From Eledone cirrhosa (taxonomy: Eukaryota), in contig OZ024748.1 in the NCBI GenBank assembly GCA_964016885.1, positions 14,632,001 through 14,696,000 of the forward strand: a stretch of DNA of 64,000 nucleotides. The letters run 5' to 3'. Positions 42,717 to 55,765 of this stretch are shown here, one piece after another. Positions within the stretch are counted from its first letter, which is position 1; every line of letters begins with the position of its first letter. Position numbers and translations under genes: made by a program. Below the pieces are notes generated by a model. It did not search any database and had not been told where the DNA came from. It saw only the letters and a program-made list of their open reading frames with translations.

Positions 42717-42949
42717 GTAAATCTGTAGATGAAAGGTGAAGGAAAATAGTGGCTCAATCTGTTGTAAGATAGCTGATTTAGTATAAATAAAGTTTATACA
42801 CTTAACATGTATGTGTGACCATTGGTTTTTTTTTTGGGGGGGGGGGTTCAGTTATGCCACTATTGTATATTGGAGGAGGAGGCGGCGCTTATATTGGCGA
42901 AATAAATAGACCTGCTTTACCTCGAAGAAATCTTTTCATTTCTGCCTCT

Positions 42950-43115
42950 GCTTGCTTTCTTCTATCTTTCTATTTCTTCTTTAATTTCTCATTCTATTTT
43001 CCGATGAAGGACTAGCGTCTGAAACGCTAAAACCTTTCCTATTATGCGTGAAACTAATAAATATCTTTATTGTACTTTATTATCTGTTGTGCTGTTTCCA
43101 TTTACTTTTCACATA
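42950..43115 (+). mobile_element. PLE-like terminal fragment with degenerate hammerhead
   Basis: ttttCCGATGAaggactagcgtctGAAAcgcTAaaa at 42997-43032 plus the family tail. Confidence 0.6.
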
Positions 43116-43187
43116 CATACATTTTATATACATATTGTTAACTGTTGTGCTGTTTCCATTTACTTTTCACATACATATATTTTATAT

Positions 43188-44739
43188 ACGTATTGTTAAC
43201 CAGGTGAAGGTGTCATACCAAAAGATTGGTGCAGTAGCATCATTGTCAACTGCTATAAAGGTAAAGGCGATGCACTAGATAGAGGAAACTATAGAGGTAT
43301 AAAGCTGATGGACCAGGTCATGAAAGTAACAGAAAGAGTTATAGCACAGTTGATTAGGGACCAGGTGAAATTAGATGAGATGCAATTTGGGTTTGTACCA
43401 GGAAGAGGCACCACTGATGCCCTCTTCCTTGTGAGGCAGTTACAGGAAAAGTACCTAGCTAAAAGTAAGCCACTCTACCTGGCATTTGTCGACCTTGAGA
43501 AAGCCTTTGACAGAGTTCCACGTGCTGTAATCTGGTGGGCTCTTAGAAAACTAGGAGTAGATGAATGGCTTGTGAAAACGGTACAAGCCATGTATAGGGG
43601 AGCAGTCAGCAAAGTTAGGATTAGCAATGAGTATAGCGAGGAATTTAGCGTACATGTTGGGGTCCACCAGGGCTCTGTTCTTAGCCCCCTCCTGTTCATC
43701 ATAGTCCTGCAGGCAATAACGGGGGAGTTTAAGACCGGATGCCTATGGGAACTCCTGTATGCTGATGACCTCGCACTTATAGCTGAATCTATGGTAGAAC
43801 TAGAGAAGAAATTCCAAACTTGGAAGCAGGGACTAGAAAGAAAGGGTCTCAAAGTCAACATGACAAAGACTAAGGTCCTTGTAAGTAGACGAGAAGACAG
43901 AACCCAGATCCCCTCAGGGAAATGGCCTTGCTCAGTATGTAGGAAAGGTGTAGGTAGGAACTCAATTCTCTGCCCCAAATGCAAACAATGGGTACACAAG
44001 AGATGTAGCGGGATCTCAGGAAGCTTAATTAAGAATGTAGGCTTCACATGCAGCAACTGTGCTGGGACAGCAGCAGCAAACAGCCACAGGAAACAAGTAC
44101 CACCAATCTCTGGGAGGGCTCTGTAGAAACAGTAGACAGCTTCTGCTACCTAGGTGACCGAATTAGCAGCGGAGGTGGGTGTTCAGAAAGTACAATAACT
44201 AGGGTAAGAACGGGATGGAAGAAGTTTAGGCAACTACTACCACTGCTAGCTGCAAGAGGCTTCTCCCTCAAAATGAAAGGCAGACTGTATGATGCGTGTA
44301 TCCGGACAGCGATGTTGCATGGTAGTGAGACCTGGGCGCTGAAGGTGGAAGACTTACGTAGATTAGAGAGAAACGAAGCCTGCATGCTCCGATGGATGTG
44401 TAATAGTAATATACGTGTCCGACAAAGCATAAATGATTTGAGAGAGAGACTGAGCATAAGTGGAATCAAATGCTGTGTGCAGGAGAGGCGGTTGCGTTGG
44501 TATGGAGAATGTGATGCGTATGAAGGATGACAGCTGCATAAAAAGGTGCAGAGCACTAGAAGTCGATGGAAACCGCGGAGTGGGGCGACCCAAGATGACC
44601 TGGGATGAGGTGATAAAAGCCGACCTTACCCAATTACACTTCTCAAAGGCGATGACACACGACAGTGACCTCTGGCGTCACACAGTAATACAGAGTACCC
44701 GACCTCCCATGGGTACAAGCTGAAGCATATAGACAATAT
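43188..44739 (+). mobile_element. RTE-clade LINE, 5'-truncated, with frameshifted reverse transcriptase
   Basis: KGKGDALDRGNYRGIKL, QFGFVPGRGTTDA, FVDLEKAFD, GVHQGSVLSPLLF, LLYADD, a Cys-rich finger and GRP..W C-terminus; frameshifts near 44100 and 44508. Confidence 0.97.
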
Positions 44740-45512
44740 CAAGGACACAACGCATCACCCGGTCTGAGAATCAAACTCACAACCTTTCAGTTGCAAGCCC
44801 TAAGCCATGGGCCTTATAGGACTCAATACAAGTAAAGTCTGCTAAAACGCCAGCAACTCATCAGGCCGAAGCTCATCCTAGTTACATTCGTGTTAAATGA
44901 CTGAGAGTACAAGACTTCCCTCTGGGCAAGTCGCTATTCCATTGAAGTGTTAACTTCCCATTTGCTGCTGGCACTCATTTTCAGCTGAGTATACTGGAAC
45001 GACATGAAATGAAGTGTTTTGTTCAAGAACACAACAAACAACACAGTCCAGGAATTGAACCTACAACATTATAATCGTAAGTCCAACAACCTAACCACTA
45101 GGTCATGAACCTCCACAATATTTACTATACTATTCAATATATAACTTATAATAGGAAGAATGGTGGGATAATAAGCAAGCTGTTGTACCTGCAAGGTAGG
45201 TATTTTTTATGGCTGCATTATAGATAATCATGCATGTTTTTGGGTGGAGAAAGTTACGTTCGTAATTATTTCTACATGTGTTTTTCCATGTCAGAGTAGG
45301 GCAGGTTTTCAAGGAGGAGGAGGAGGAGGAGGAGGAGAAAGAGGAGAAGAAAAGGAGAAAGAGAAGAAAAGAATAATATTTAGGAAGAAGAGGAAATGGT
45401 AATGTGTAATGATATTGTATAACTATGCCTGTGGGGATGGATAAGAGGATGGAGTAGGAGAAAAAATTGACGAAAATAGTGAAAAAGCCAACCGAGAAAT
45501 TATTATTATTAT

Positions 45513-45692
45513 TGGTGGACTGGCAGTATCGGTAGAGTGTCTGACACCATGCTTTGACGCGTAGAGTTACGGTCCTTTCCATTCTTAGTTCAAATCCCGC
45601 CAAGGTTAACTTTGCCTTTCATCCTTACGGGGTCGATAAAATAAAGTACCAGTAATACACTGAGTAATTGCTGGCCTTGTGCCAAAAGTATT
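45513..45692 (+). mobile_element. Meta-like SINE
   Basis: A/B boxes and core as in 10518-10700. Confidence 0.85.
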
Positions 45693-46329
45693 ATTATTAG
45701 TAGTAGTAGAATAAATATACAATTATTATCATTATCAGAGAATATGTTCCACAGTCATCCTTATTATTTCCTGGCTTTTGTGTGATACATTTTATTATTC
45801 TTTTACAGGTTTCAGTCATTAGACTGTGGCCATGCTGGAGCATTGCAATGAAGAGATTTAGTCTATCATATCAATCACACTAGTATGTACTGTTCTCATA
45901 TCTGCTACTTATTTATCTACCTTTTCTGCATTTAAAACAAATAGTTACGTGGTTTCTAACAGGTATAATGTAGCGAGTAAAAATATTTTAATTATTTTAA
46001 ATGATACCGATAGTTAATGGAAAAGAAAAAGAAATCAACTTTAATAATTAATTCTAATTAAGAGTGGGAAGGAGACAACTCCAAAATCCAAATTAATTAA
46101 TAATTGAATGGGGGGGGGGGGTATTCAATGGGAAGCGAGAAAGTTCTTTGGCATGCATGGTGATGAATCTGAACAGGTTTCAGTCTTATTCAGCCTCCTC
46201 ATCAATGATTTATATTGTTTCCATTGTTCTATAAATCTATGGGAGATAACTCCAGATGAGTTTCAGTCATATTCTGATTTTATTAACAAAGGATAGCCTT
46301 CACTGTACTAGTCTTCTTTATCTTCTTCT

Positions 46330-46745
46330 TTGCACTCCTGGGAGGGTTGTGGGGGAAGAGTCCTCAAACACTTCTTCCAGCAGGTCCTTTAAGGAACAAT
46401 TGTCTTTAATTGATTCAGCTGGTTCCCCAAGTGAGACCAGTTGAGCTCATGGATGTTTTCCAACTACCTTGCTCAGAGACTACCCCAGTGACTCCTGCTG
46501 GTTGGTTTTTGCCTATAAAATCTGCCCAGTGATTATTTCCTGAGACATTCTAACCCCATGTCCTTCAATTTTGAAATGTAGCAGCTCTAACTGAAGTTAC
46601 TCTCTGATCTCCAAGCTATGCTAACTGCCTGGCGGTTCTTTTCGGGGATATTCTAATCACATGTCCATGATTGGTGTGATCTCTCAATTCAGAGAATTAA
46701 CAGCTCTATATGGGGCAACTATGATTTCCAAGCTATGGACTCTAT
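46330..46745 (-). mobile_element. Highly decayed RTE-like LINE 3' end with internal duplication
   Basis: Minus strand GHVIRISPKRTARQ / GHGVRMSQE ... WKKCLRTLPPQP. Confidence 0.5.
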
Positions 46746-47024
46746 CGATTACTAGTAATAAGAGACATGTCAAGAAGTTACAATAGATGTCACCATAGAT
46801 TAGATAGAACTGTTAGAAAATATAGCTGTGGTAACATCTGTTGAAGTAAAGTAAACAAATATTCACATAGATAATATTTAGAGCATGAAAATCTTTATCT
46901 TAATGAGATATAATAAAAATACATAATAAACACCAATGATTTCCTGTAAAACATGTGTTTCATTGATGTACCTTCATTATCGAATACATTTATTATTTAA
47001 ATGCTTTCATTATTGAATCAGGTG

Positions 47025-47651
47025 GTGGATTGGTAGTATAGATTTATGGCCCTTTACATTCTGAGTTCAAATCCTGCCGAGGTTAATTTTGCATTTTATC
47101 CTTACAATGTCAATAAAATAAAGCACCAGTAATGCACTGGGGGTAATTGCTGGTCTTGTGCTAAATGGAGAAACAATTATTGAATCTAAAGTCTAATGCC
47201 TGTCGTGTATCCGGAGGCTCATTAGGCCGGTACTTATCTCAGTTTCATGGCGTGAAGACAGGAGGCCTGGCTGTGGCTGGGTTAAACCCCCAGCTATGGC
47301 TGGTACTCATTTTCAGCTGAGTATACTAGAGCAATATAAAATGAATTGTTTTGCTCAAGAATACTACACAACCCTATCCAGTAATTGAACCCACAACATT
47401 ATGATCATAAAAGTCCAACACCCTTACCACTAGGCCACATGCCTCATTATCAAATACGTTTGTTATATAAATAATTGTTTCTACTTTAGGCACAAGGCCA
47501 GCAATTACCCAGTACATTACTGATACTTTATTTTATCAACCCCGTAAGGATGAAAGGCAAAGTTATCCTCGGCGGGATTTGAACTCAGACTGTAAAGGGA
47601 CATAACTATGCTAGAAAGCATGGCGTCCAACCCTCTACCGATACTGCCAAT
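47025..47651. mobile_element. Tail-to-tail Meta-like SINE pair (47025-47180 +, 47471-47651 -) around a CORE-like SINE
   Basis: Family motifs in opposite orientations. Confidence 0.8.
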
Positions 47652-48543
47652 AAATAATGAAAGTATTCGATAAAGAAAGCATGGAACTAATGTATGTGTT
47701 TCATTGATTTACTTACATTTTTGAGTACTCCGGCCCTGGTGGCCAATAAAGAAATTATTATTGATTACTTTGATTATTTACAAGGGCAGTAGGTTGGCAG
47801 TAATTGATAGAGCATCAGACAACATGATTTATGGAATAGAGTTATGGCCCTTTATATTCTAAGTTCATTGTAAAGTGGTAGATTTGGTGCTGTGCCTAAA
47901 AATACACAGTCCATCCTATGAGGTGGTAGTTTTGTTGCCATGACAAAATATCACCAGTCCACCGTGTAAGGTGGTAGGTAGTACAGGTGTCACAATAAAA
48001 ATCATCCAGTGTTGGTAGAACATCAAATAACATGTTTTATGGCATATAGTTACGGCCCTTTACGTTCTGAGTATAAATCTCACGGAGGTTCACTTTGCCT
48101 TTCATCCTTACAGGGGGTTGATAAAATAAAGTAGCAGTAACACTCTGGGGTCAATTTAATCAACATTTCCCTTCAAATTGCTAGCCTTGTGCCAAAACTA
48201 GAAACATTTATTATCAACATTTATAACATTCTCAAGAGGACAATGTTTATTCACTGTTTGTGGAAAAAATTGAATTAAAAAAAGGGGCAATATTTATATT
48301 TATTTCAGAAATCCACACATGTATGTCTGGGTGTAAACTAGAAATATATTCAACTATATAAACATGTTTATACATACACCAATTCTTGTTTTTTTACTCA
48401 TATTTTAAAATATATTTCCTTCCTCATTTTGTAAAATTTTACTGTCCATTAATCTATTATTGCCCTAAACTAATACACGCACACACATTTACATACACAC
48501 ACATATATATATATATATACACACATATATATATGTATGCATC

Positions 48544-48576
<33 letters not shown>

Positions 48577-48667
48577 ATGCATGTATGTATATATATGTAT
48601 GTGTGTGTATATCTCTATATCTCTCTTTCCCTCTCTATATATATATGTTTGTATGTATGTATATATA

Positions 48668-48713
<46 letters not shown>

Positions 48714-48727
48714 TATATGTATGCATC

Positions 48728-48784
<57 letters not shown>

Positions 48785-48875
48785 ATGCATGTATGTATAT
48801 ATATGTATGTGTGTGTATATCTCTATATCTCTCTTTCCCTCTCTATATATATATGTATGTATGTATGTGTATATA

Positions 48876-48908
<33 letters not shown>

Positions 48909-49131
48909 TACACACACACACACATACATATGAGTATGTATGTATGTGTTTCAACTAAACCTATAGCTCTAAGTGTCACTATACATATTTTATGAAATAG
49001 TCTTTAGATGTGTCTATACGCATTTCAATATATATTCATGTGGTATTACATTAAACATAGGTCGACATATTTATTTACATAAATATATGTCTTAATATAT
49101 AATATGAAGAAGTACAAATAACTCACTAAAA

Positions 49132-49900
49132 TGATGATGATGTTGTTGTTGTTTTTGGTGGTGTTGGTGATGGTGATGGTGATGGGTGTGGTAGTGGGTA
49201 TGTTGGTAGTGTTGGTGGTGGTAGTGTTGTTGGTAGAGGTGTAGGTGGTGTTGATAATGATAGTAGTGATGGTGATGTTGGTGGTGGCGGTGTTGGTGGT
49301 GCTGCTAGTGTGGTAGTGATAGTAATGGTGGTGTTAGTAATGGTGGTGGTGTTGATGGTGGTGGTGTTGATAGTGATGATGGTGGTGATGGTGGTGGTGG
49401 TGTTGATAGTGATGGTGGTGTTGGTAGTGATGGTAGTGATGGTGGTGGTGATGGTGGTGGTGGTGGTGTTGATAGTGATGGTGGTGGTGGTGGTGTTGGT
49501 AATGATGGTGGTGGTGGTGTTGGTAGTGGTGGTGGTGGTGGTGGTACTGGTGGTGGTGGTGGTGTTGATAGTGATGGTGGTGGTGGTGGTGTTGGTAGTG
49601 TTGGTGGTGGTGGTGTTGGTAGTGGTGGTGGTGGTGGTGGTAATGGTGGTGGTGGTGGTGTTGATAGTGATGGTGGTGGTGGTGGTGTTGATAGTGATGG
49701 TGGTGGTGGTGTTGATAGTGATGGTGGTGGTGTTGGTAGTGATGGTGGTGGTGGCGTTGGTAGTGATGGTGGTGGTGGTGGTGGTGTTGGTAGTGATGGT
49801 GATGGTGGTGGTGATAGTGTTGTTGGTACTGTTGGTGGTTGTGATGGTTATGTTGGTGGTGGTAATAATGAAGATGGTGGTACTGATGACAATGATATGA
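49132..49900. repeat. (GGT)n/(GAT)n trinucleotide array
   Basis: Directly visible. Confidence 0.98.
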
Positions 49901-50166
49901 TAAAGTGACTAGTTGATCTACTAAAACCAAATACAAGAAATGGACATTCCTTTCTTAATGCATTCAGACATATTTAGAACCATCTAGAAGCCATCTACAC
50001 AGACTCTTTATTCTTTCTCATATATGTATATATATATGTGTGTGCGTGTATGTCTATCTATCAATATATATATATGCATGTGTGTGTATATATATATATA
50101 TATAAACGAAAAAAAATGAAACGAAATTTCATTTCCCACACTTAGTACGGCTGTTACTTAAATATA

Positions 50167-50680
50167 AGTATGTACACGTACATACATATATGTATACAGA
50201 CGTACAGTAGTATGTATATATATATATACATACATGCACACATATATATATGTATGTATGGATTCACCGAACATTTATTATAATGCTCGGTGTGTTTGTA
50301 AACAAACATCCCGTATTAAGCCATAGTGTCCAGCAACCATCATTGTCAGTGTTGAACAAAGGAGCAACAATGGTTGCTGGACACTACGGCTTAATACGGG
50401 ATGTTTGTTTACAAACACACCGAGCATTATAATAAATGTTCGGTGAATCCATACGTACATATATATATATGTGCGCATGTATGTACATATATATGCATAC
50501 TACTGTACGTCTGTATACATATATGTATGTACATCCAACTGTAGAAAACCCGCCAGACAGTCCTATGCGAGCAAGACAACCACTCTTGCCTCAAGTGGGA
50601 AAACTCCCGTCCAAACCCATGCAAGCGTGGAACATGGACGTTAAACGATGATGATGATGATGATGATGTACGTGTACATA

Positions 50681-50683
<3 letters not shown>
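50167..50683. mobile_element. Foldback element with ~170-bp arms; right arm interrupted by a retroposon
   Basis: 50167-50340 is the reverse complement of 50370-50532 plus 50668-50683. Confidence 0.9.
50533..50666 (+). mobile_element. 5'-truncated (GAT)n-tailed retroposon
   Basis: Matches 11050-11172; flanked by atgtac on both sides. Confidence 0.9.
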
Positions 50684-50716
<33 letters not shown>

Positions 50717-50989
50717 TATATATATATTTGTATATATGGATATATATATATGTATGTGTGTGTGTATATATATGTGTAAGATGGATAAGCGGACATAAAA
50801 ATGATGTTGATGATGATGATGTTATAGGTCTGTGTGAGTATATTTATATATGTATATATATCACTCAGACATATGATGGCAAATCAAATGTCTGAGCCAC
50901 ATAGCCATGGTTGCACTTTGGTGATGATGATCATGACACATACATATGTGTGTTTCCCACTCCTTTTTTTATCATTTTTCCCTATTCCT

Positions 50990-51140
50990 TTCTCTTCTCA
51001 CTCTTTATCTTTCTATTTTATCTTCTATGATGAAGGACTACTGTCTGAAACGTTAATACTCCTTGCCTGCTTTTTCAAAACTAATATATTTCTTCAATGT
51101 ACTGTGTCGTTTGCTTCATTATTTCTGTTTACAGTTTACA
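50990..51140 (+). mobile_element. PLE-like terminal fragment with degenerate hammerhead
   Basis: tATGATGAaggactactgtctGAAAcgtTA at 51026-51055 plus the family tail. Confidence 0.6.
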
Positions 51141-51647
51141 TATATATCATATCTATGCATAAATACGTGTATATTATATAAGTAGGGGAGTTGGCAATGG
51201 AAGTAGATAGACTGATGGTTAGATGTTTATATTGGCTGGTTGGTAACTCTAATTAAGTTAATTACAATTTCAGATGGGCTGGAGTTTGATATATAATGAC
51301 TCACTAATGACTTTATAAACTTGATATATGTCTATATTCTTCATGGCACTCTGAACGTGGCTACAACTTGCTAGATTCAATTAAAACTGTATTTATTTAC
51401 TTAATCTTAGTTAATCACATGAGGATTACCTGTCTCTCTCTGCCTTTGCCTCTCCCTCTCTCTCTCTCACACTCTCTCCCCCATACAGACTATCTATCTA
51501 TCTATCTATCTTTGCCAGAACTGTCAACCGAATGACTGGGTTCCATTTGGATCATTTCTTAGCTCTGCATAAAATCAATGAGGCACATCATATATTTATT
51601 CATAAACAAGTAATTAATACAAAATCATATATATATATATACACACG

Positions 51648-51678
<31 letters not shown>

Positions 51679-52223
51679 TCATTATTATCATCATCATTTA
51701 ATGTCTGCTTTTCCATAGTGGCTTGGGTTGAATGAGTTGTTCCAGAACAAGCCAGTGTTTAATTGCTGCTACAGACAGACTGGGACCAGGTCTCACATTC
51801 AAGTTCTGGCCTGGTTTTTACAGCTGGATGCCCTTCATATCACCAGCTAATTTTATACATATATAGATGGATGGACAGATAGATAGATAGATAGATAGAT
51901 AAAAAAGAATATGCACGTGAAAGGAAAGAGCAATATGTATAATTTGTATGGTTTATATATATTTGTTTACCTAAACAGTCTGATGCAGGATCAAATTACA
52001 TAAAGTTTCACTGGAATGAGAAAAGAGTCTCTTGGTTGTTCATGAGCTAGGCTCAGTGTGTATGTATGCATATGTGTGTGTATATATATATTTATATTTC
52101 CTATATATATAAATATAGATATATTTATATATATATAGGAAATATGAGGACGTTTCATTTACATGTACATCTGCTTATCTCGGGATGACTGGCTCAAGGT
52201 CATGTATGGATGATAGGGACCCA

Positions 52224-52317
52224 ACTCCAGCATTGATCTGCTCATCAGACTGGTGATACAACAAACACTTTATTTTTTGTTGAATCACTAGTCTGATAAG
52301 CAGATCAATGCTGGAGT
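52224..52317. other. 94-nt near-perfect hairpin
   Basis: actccagcattgatctgctcatcagactggtgatacaacaaa pairs with tttgttgaatcactagtctgataagcagatcaatgctggagt. Confidence 0.9.
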
Positions 52318-52396
52318 CAGGTCAATATCTTATGTGTGTGTGTTTGTGTATATATGTGTGTGTATATATATATGTATGTATGTGTGTATATATATC

Positions 52397-52427
<31 letters not shown>

Positions 52428-52994
52428 ATATATATATATGTGTGTGTGTGTGCATGTGTGTGTATGTGTGTGTGCATGTGTGTGTATGTGTGTGTATATT
52501 TATACAGTTCCTGTATGAGCAAGGCATGGTCAGCCGACCAGACACTGCCCACAACAGGACAACCCGTCTAACCCATGCTAGCGTGGAAGAACGGACGTAA
52601 AACGATGATGATGATGATGATGATGATGATATATATATATATATATATATATGTATCTATCATCGTCTTTTCTATGCTGGCATGTGATGTACTGGTCTTT
52701 ACAGACCAAGTCCGCACTTAATCAGAGCTAGTGACCTTTGAGATAGGTTAGTAGACGAAGTCTCAATCAATACACTCTCTTTTGGCATAGTTTCTACACG
52801 GCAAACCAAAAAAAAACGGAATGTATATATATATATATGTGTGTGTGTGTTTGTATGTGTATATATATGTGTATACATACCCAACTTTTTTCAAAGTATT
52901 ATACACATACTGTTACATAGATAACTATGTTTACATAGTGAAAAACTATAAATATTAAACTATATTTCAAGTCTAAATACTGCTTATATTATTA

Positions 52995-53635
52995 TGGGTT
53001 TGGCAGCATCGGTAGAGCGTCAGACACCATGTTTTGCAGCATAGTGCTGGCCCTTTGTGTTCTCAGTTCAAATCCGCCGAGGTTAAATTTGCATTTCATC
53101 CTTACGAGGTCAATAACAAAGTACCAGTGATGCACTGGGGTAATTGCTGGCCTTGTGCCAAAAGTAGAAACTCTATATTATTATTATTATTATTATTATA
53201 TGGGTGGTAGATTCGCAGTATCGGTGGGCAATATGCTTTGCAGCATATAGATATGGCCCATTACATTCTAAGTTTAAATCCTGACAAGATTAGCTTTGCA
53301 TTTCATCTTTACATGGTCGATGAAATAAAGTACCAGTAATGCACTGATGTCGATTTAATTGACTTTACCCCTTCCCTTCAATTTGTTGGCCTTGTGCTTA
53401 TAGTAGAAACACAACAATTATTACTACCATTACTAGGATAGTGGACTGGCACAATAATTAGAGCCTTGGCCAAATGCTTTATGGTATTTCGTTCAGCTCG
53501 TTAGGTTTTGACTTCAAATCCCTCAGAGGCCAACTTTGCTGTTTATCCTTCCAGAGTTGATAGCATAATGCACCAGTGTATTACTGAGACTGGTTTAATC
53601 AACTTTCTTCTCTCCAAAATTGCTGGCCTTGTGTC
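52995..53635 (+). mobile_element. Three consecutive Meta-like SINEs of increasing divergence
   Basis: Family head, core and tail repeated at ~52995, ~53200 and ~53440. Confidence 0.75.
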
Positions 53636-53956
53636 ATCCTCATTCATCATTTCATTTTACGTCCTCTTTTCCCTGCTTGCAAGGGTGGGACAGGAACTGA
53701 TTATTTTCAGAAATATTTCAAAATCATAGGAAGTCTTTCATTTGAAATAAGGTTTAGTTCAATTGTTTGAACAACTGGAACATTTATCCTTGGAACACAG
53801 GGAGGTTCAGCACCCACACGTGGCTCTCTCTCTCATATATATATGTGTGTGCATGTGTGTGTGTGTGTGTGTGTGTGCAGTTGACAGCTTAGAGAAAAGT
53901 GTACTTAATACTGAAGTGGGGTTTTAATATTCGTTTTATTAAGGCTAAATAGTGAG

Positions 53957-54006
53957 TCTTGTTACTCTGGAGTTTCACCTATTTATCACAGGGTCATCAG
54001 ACAAGA
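53957..54006 (-). ncRNA. Type I hammerhead ribozyme motif
   Basis: tcttgt-CTGATGA-c-cctgt-gataa-atagg-t-GAAA-ctc-ca-gag-TA-acaaga: 6-bp stem I, stem II, short stem III, GUA site. Confidence 0.75.
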
Positions 54007-54021
54007 ATAGTTCTTGTTTGA

Positions 54022-54068
54022 TGTTTGATGACCCTGTGGTGAACAGGTGAAACTCCGGAGTAACAAGA
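54022..54068 (+). ncRNA. Hammerhead motif with a C3-to-U change
   Basis: tgt-TTGATGA-c-cctgt-ggtga-acagg-t-GAAA-ctccggag-TA-aca. Confidence 0.55.
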
Positions 54069-54312
54069 CTCACTATTCACCCTTAATAAAACGAATATAA
54101 ACCCCCACTTCAGTATTAAGTACACTTTTCTCTAAGCTGTCAACCGCACACACAAACACACACATATATATATATAACAATATAAAAGACTACATAATGT
54201 AGAACAACCCTGTCCATGAAAACAACAACAAAACAGTAATGTTGGCAGAGAAAGTACATCACTGTTGTCTCAAGAGATATAACATACATTAAATACTATT
54301 TAATTAACAAAC

Positions 54313-54514
54313 GTACACACATTTGTATATATATATATATACACACACACACTCACACATACAGAAATATATATATATACATACATAAACATATCCATAT
54401 ATACATGTACACACATTTGTATATATATATATATACACACACTCACACATACAGAAATGAAATATGTATATATACATACATAAACATATCCATATATACA
54501 TGTACACACATTTG

Positions 54515-54545
<31 letters not shown>

Positions 54546-54616
54546 TCACACATACAGAAATATGTATATATACATACATACATAAACATATCCATATATA
54601 CATGTACACACATTTG

Positions 54617-54648
<32 letters not shown>

Positions 54649-54804
54649 TACAGAAATATGTATATATACATACATACATAAACATATCCATATATACATG
54701 TACACACATTTGTATATATATATATACACACACTCACACATACAGAAATATGTATATATACATACATACATAAACATATCCATATATACATGTACACACA
54801 TTTG

Positions 54805-54836
<32 letters not shown>

Positions 54837-55092
54837 TACAGAAATATGTATATATACATACATACATAAACATATCCATATATACATGTACACACATTTG
54901 TATATATATATATACACACACTCACACATACAGAAATATGTATATATACATACATACATAAACATATCCATATATACATGTACACACATTTGTATATATA
55001 TATATATATATATACACACATTCACACATACAGAAATATGTATATATACATACATACATAAACATATCCATATATACATGTACACACATTTG

Positions 55093-55124
<32 letters not shown>

Positions 55125-55362
55125 TACAGAAATATGTATATATACATACATACATAAACATATCCATATATACATGTACACACATTTATATATATATATA
55201 TACACACACTCACACATACAGAAATATGTATATATACATACATACATAAACATATCCATATATACATGTACACACATTTGTATATATATATATACTCACA
55301 CATACAGAAATATGTATATATACATACATACATAAACATATCCATATATGCATGTACACACA
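54313..55362. repeat. ~95-bp minisatellite built from TA/CA modules, about 11 copies
   Basis: Recurring cacatttgta, catacagaaatatg and aaacatatccata anchors. Confidence 0.95.
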
Positions 55363-55490
55363 TATATATACATATACATACATGCATATATAACTATATA
55401 CATAAAACTAAAAATAATTGATGTCTACATTTAATTGTGGCTTTCATTTTAATTACCTTCTGTCTATGTGTGATTCTCTTATTTCTCCCC

Positions 55491-55542
55491 TATATATAAA
55501 TATAAATACATATATATACATACATATATATATATATATATA

Positions 55543-55610
<68 letters not shown>

Positions 55611-55653
55611 CATATATATATATACATATATATATATATACATATATATATAC

Positions 55654-55709
<56 letters not shown>

Positions 55710-55731
55710 GTATATATATATACATATATAC

Positions 55732-55765
<34 letters not shown>

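Larger units (their letters stand above)
53871..54153. mobile_element. Foldback of two head-to-head PLE-like terminal repeats, each with a hammerhead motif
   Basis: ~130-bp inverted arms; hammerhead core followed by an AATAAA-bearing tail in each arm. Confidence 0.8.

Noticed and set aside
43475-44556. Antisense ORFs over the RTE
   Set aside because: Shadow frames of the reverse transcriptase coding strand
49310-49936. Poly-His / poly-Val ORFs (also poly-Met at 37261 and poly-Gln at 57887)
   Set aside because: Trinucleotide arrays with no splice or domain support
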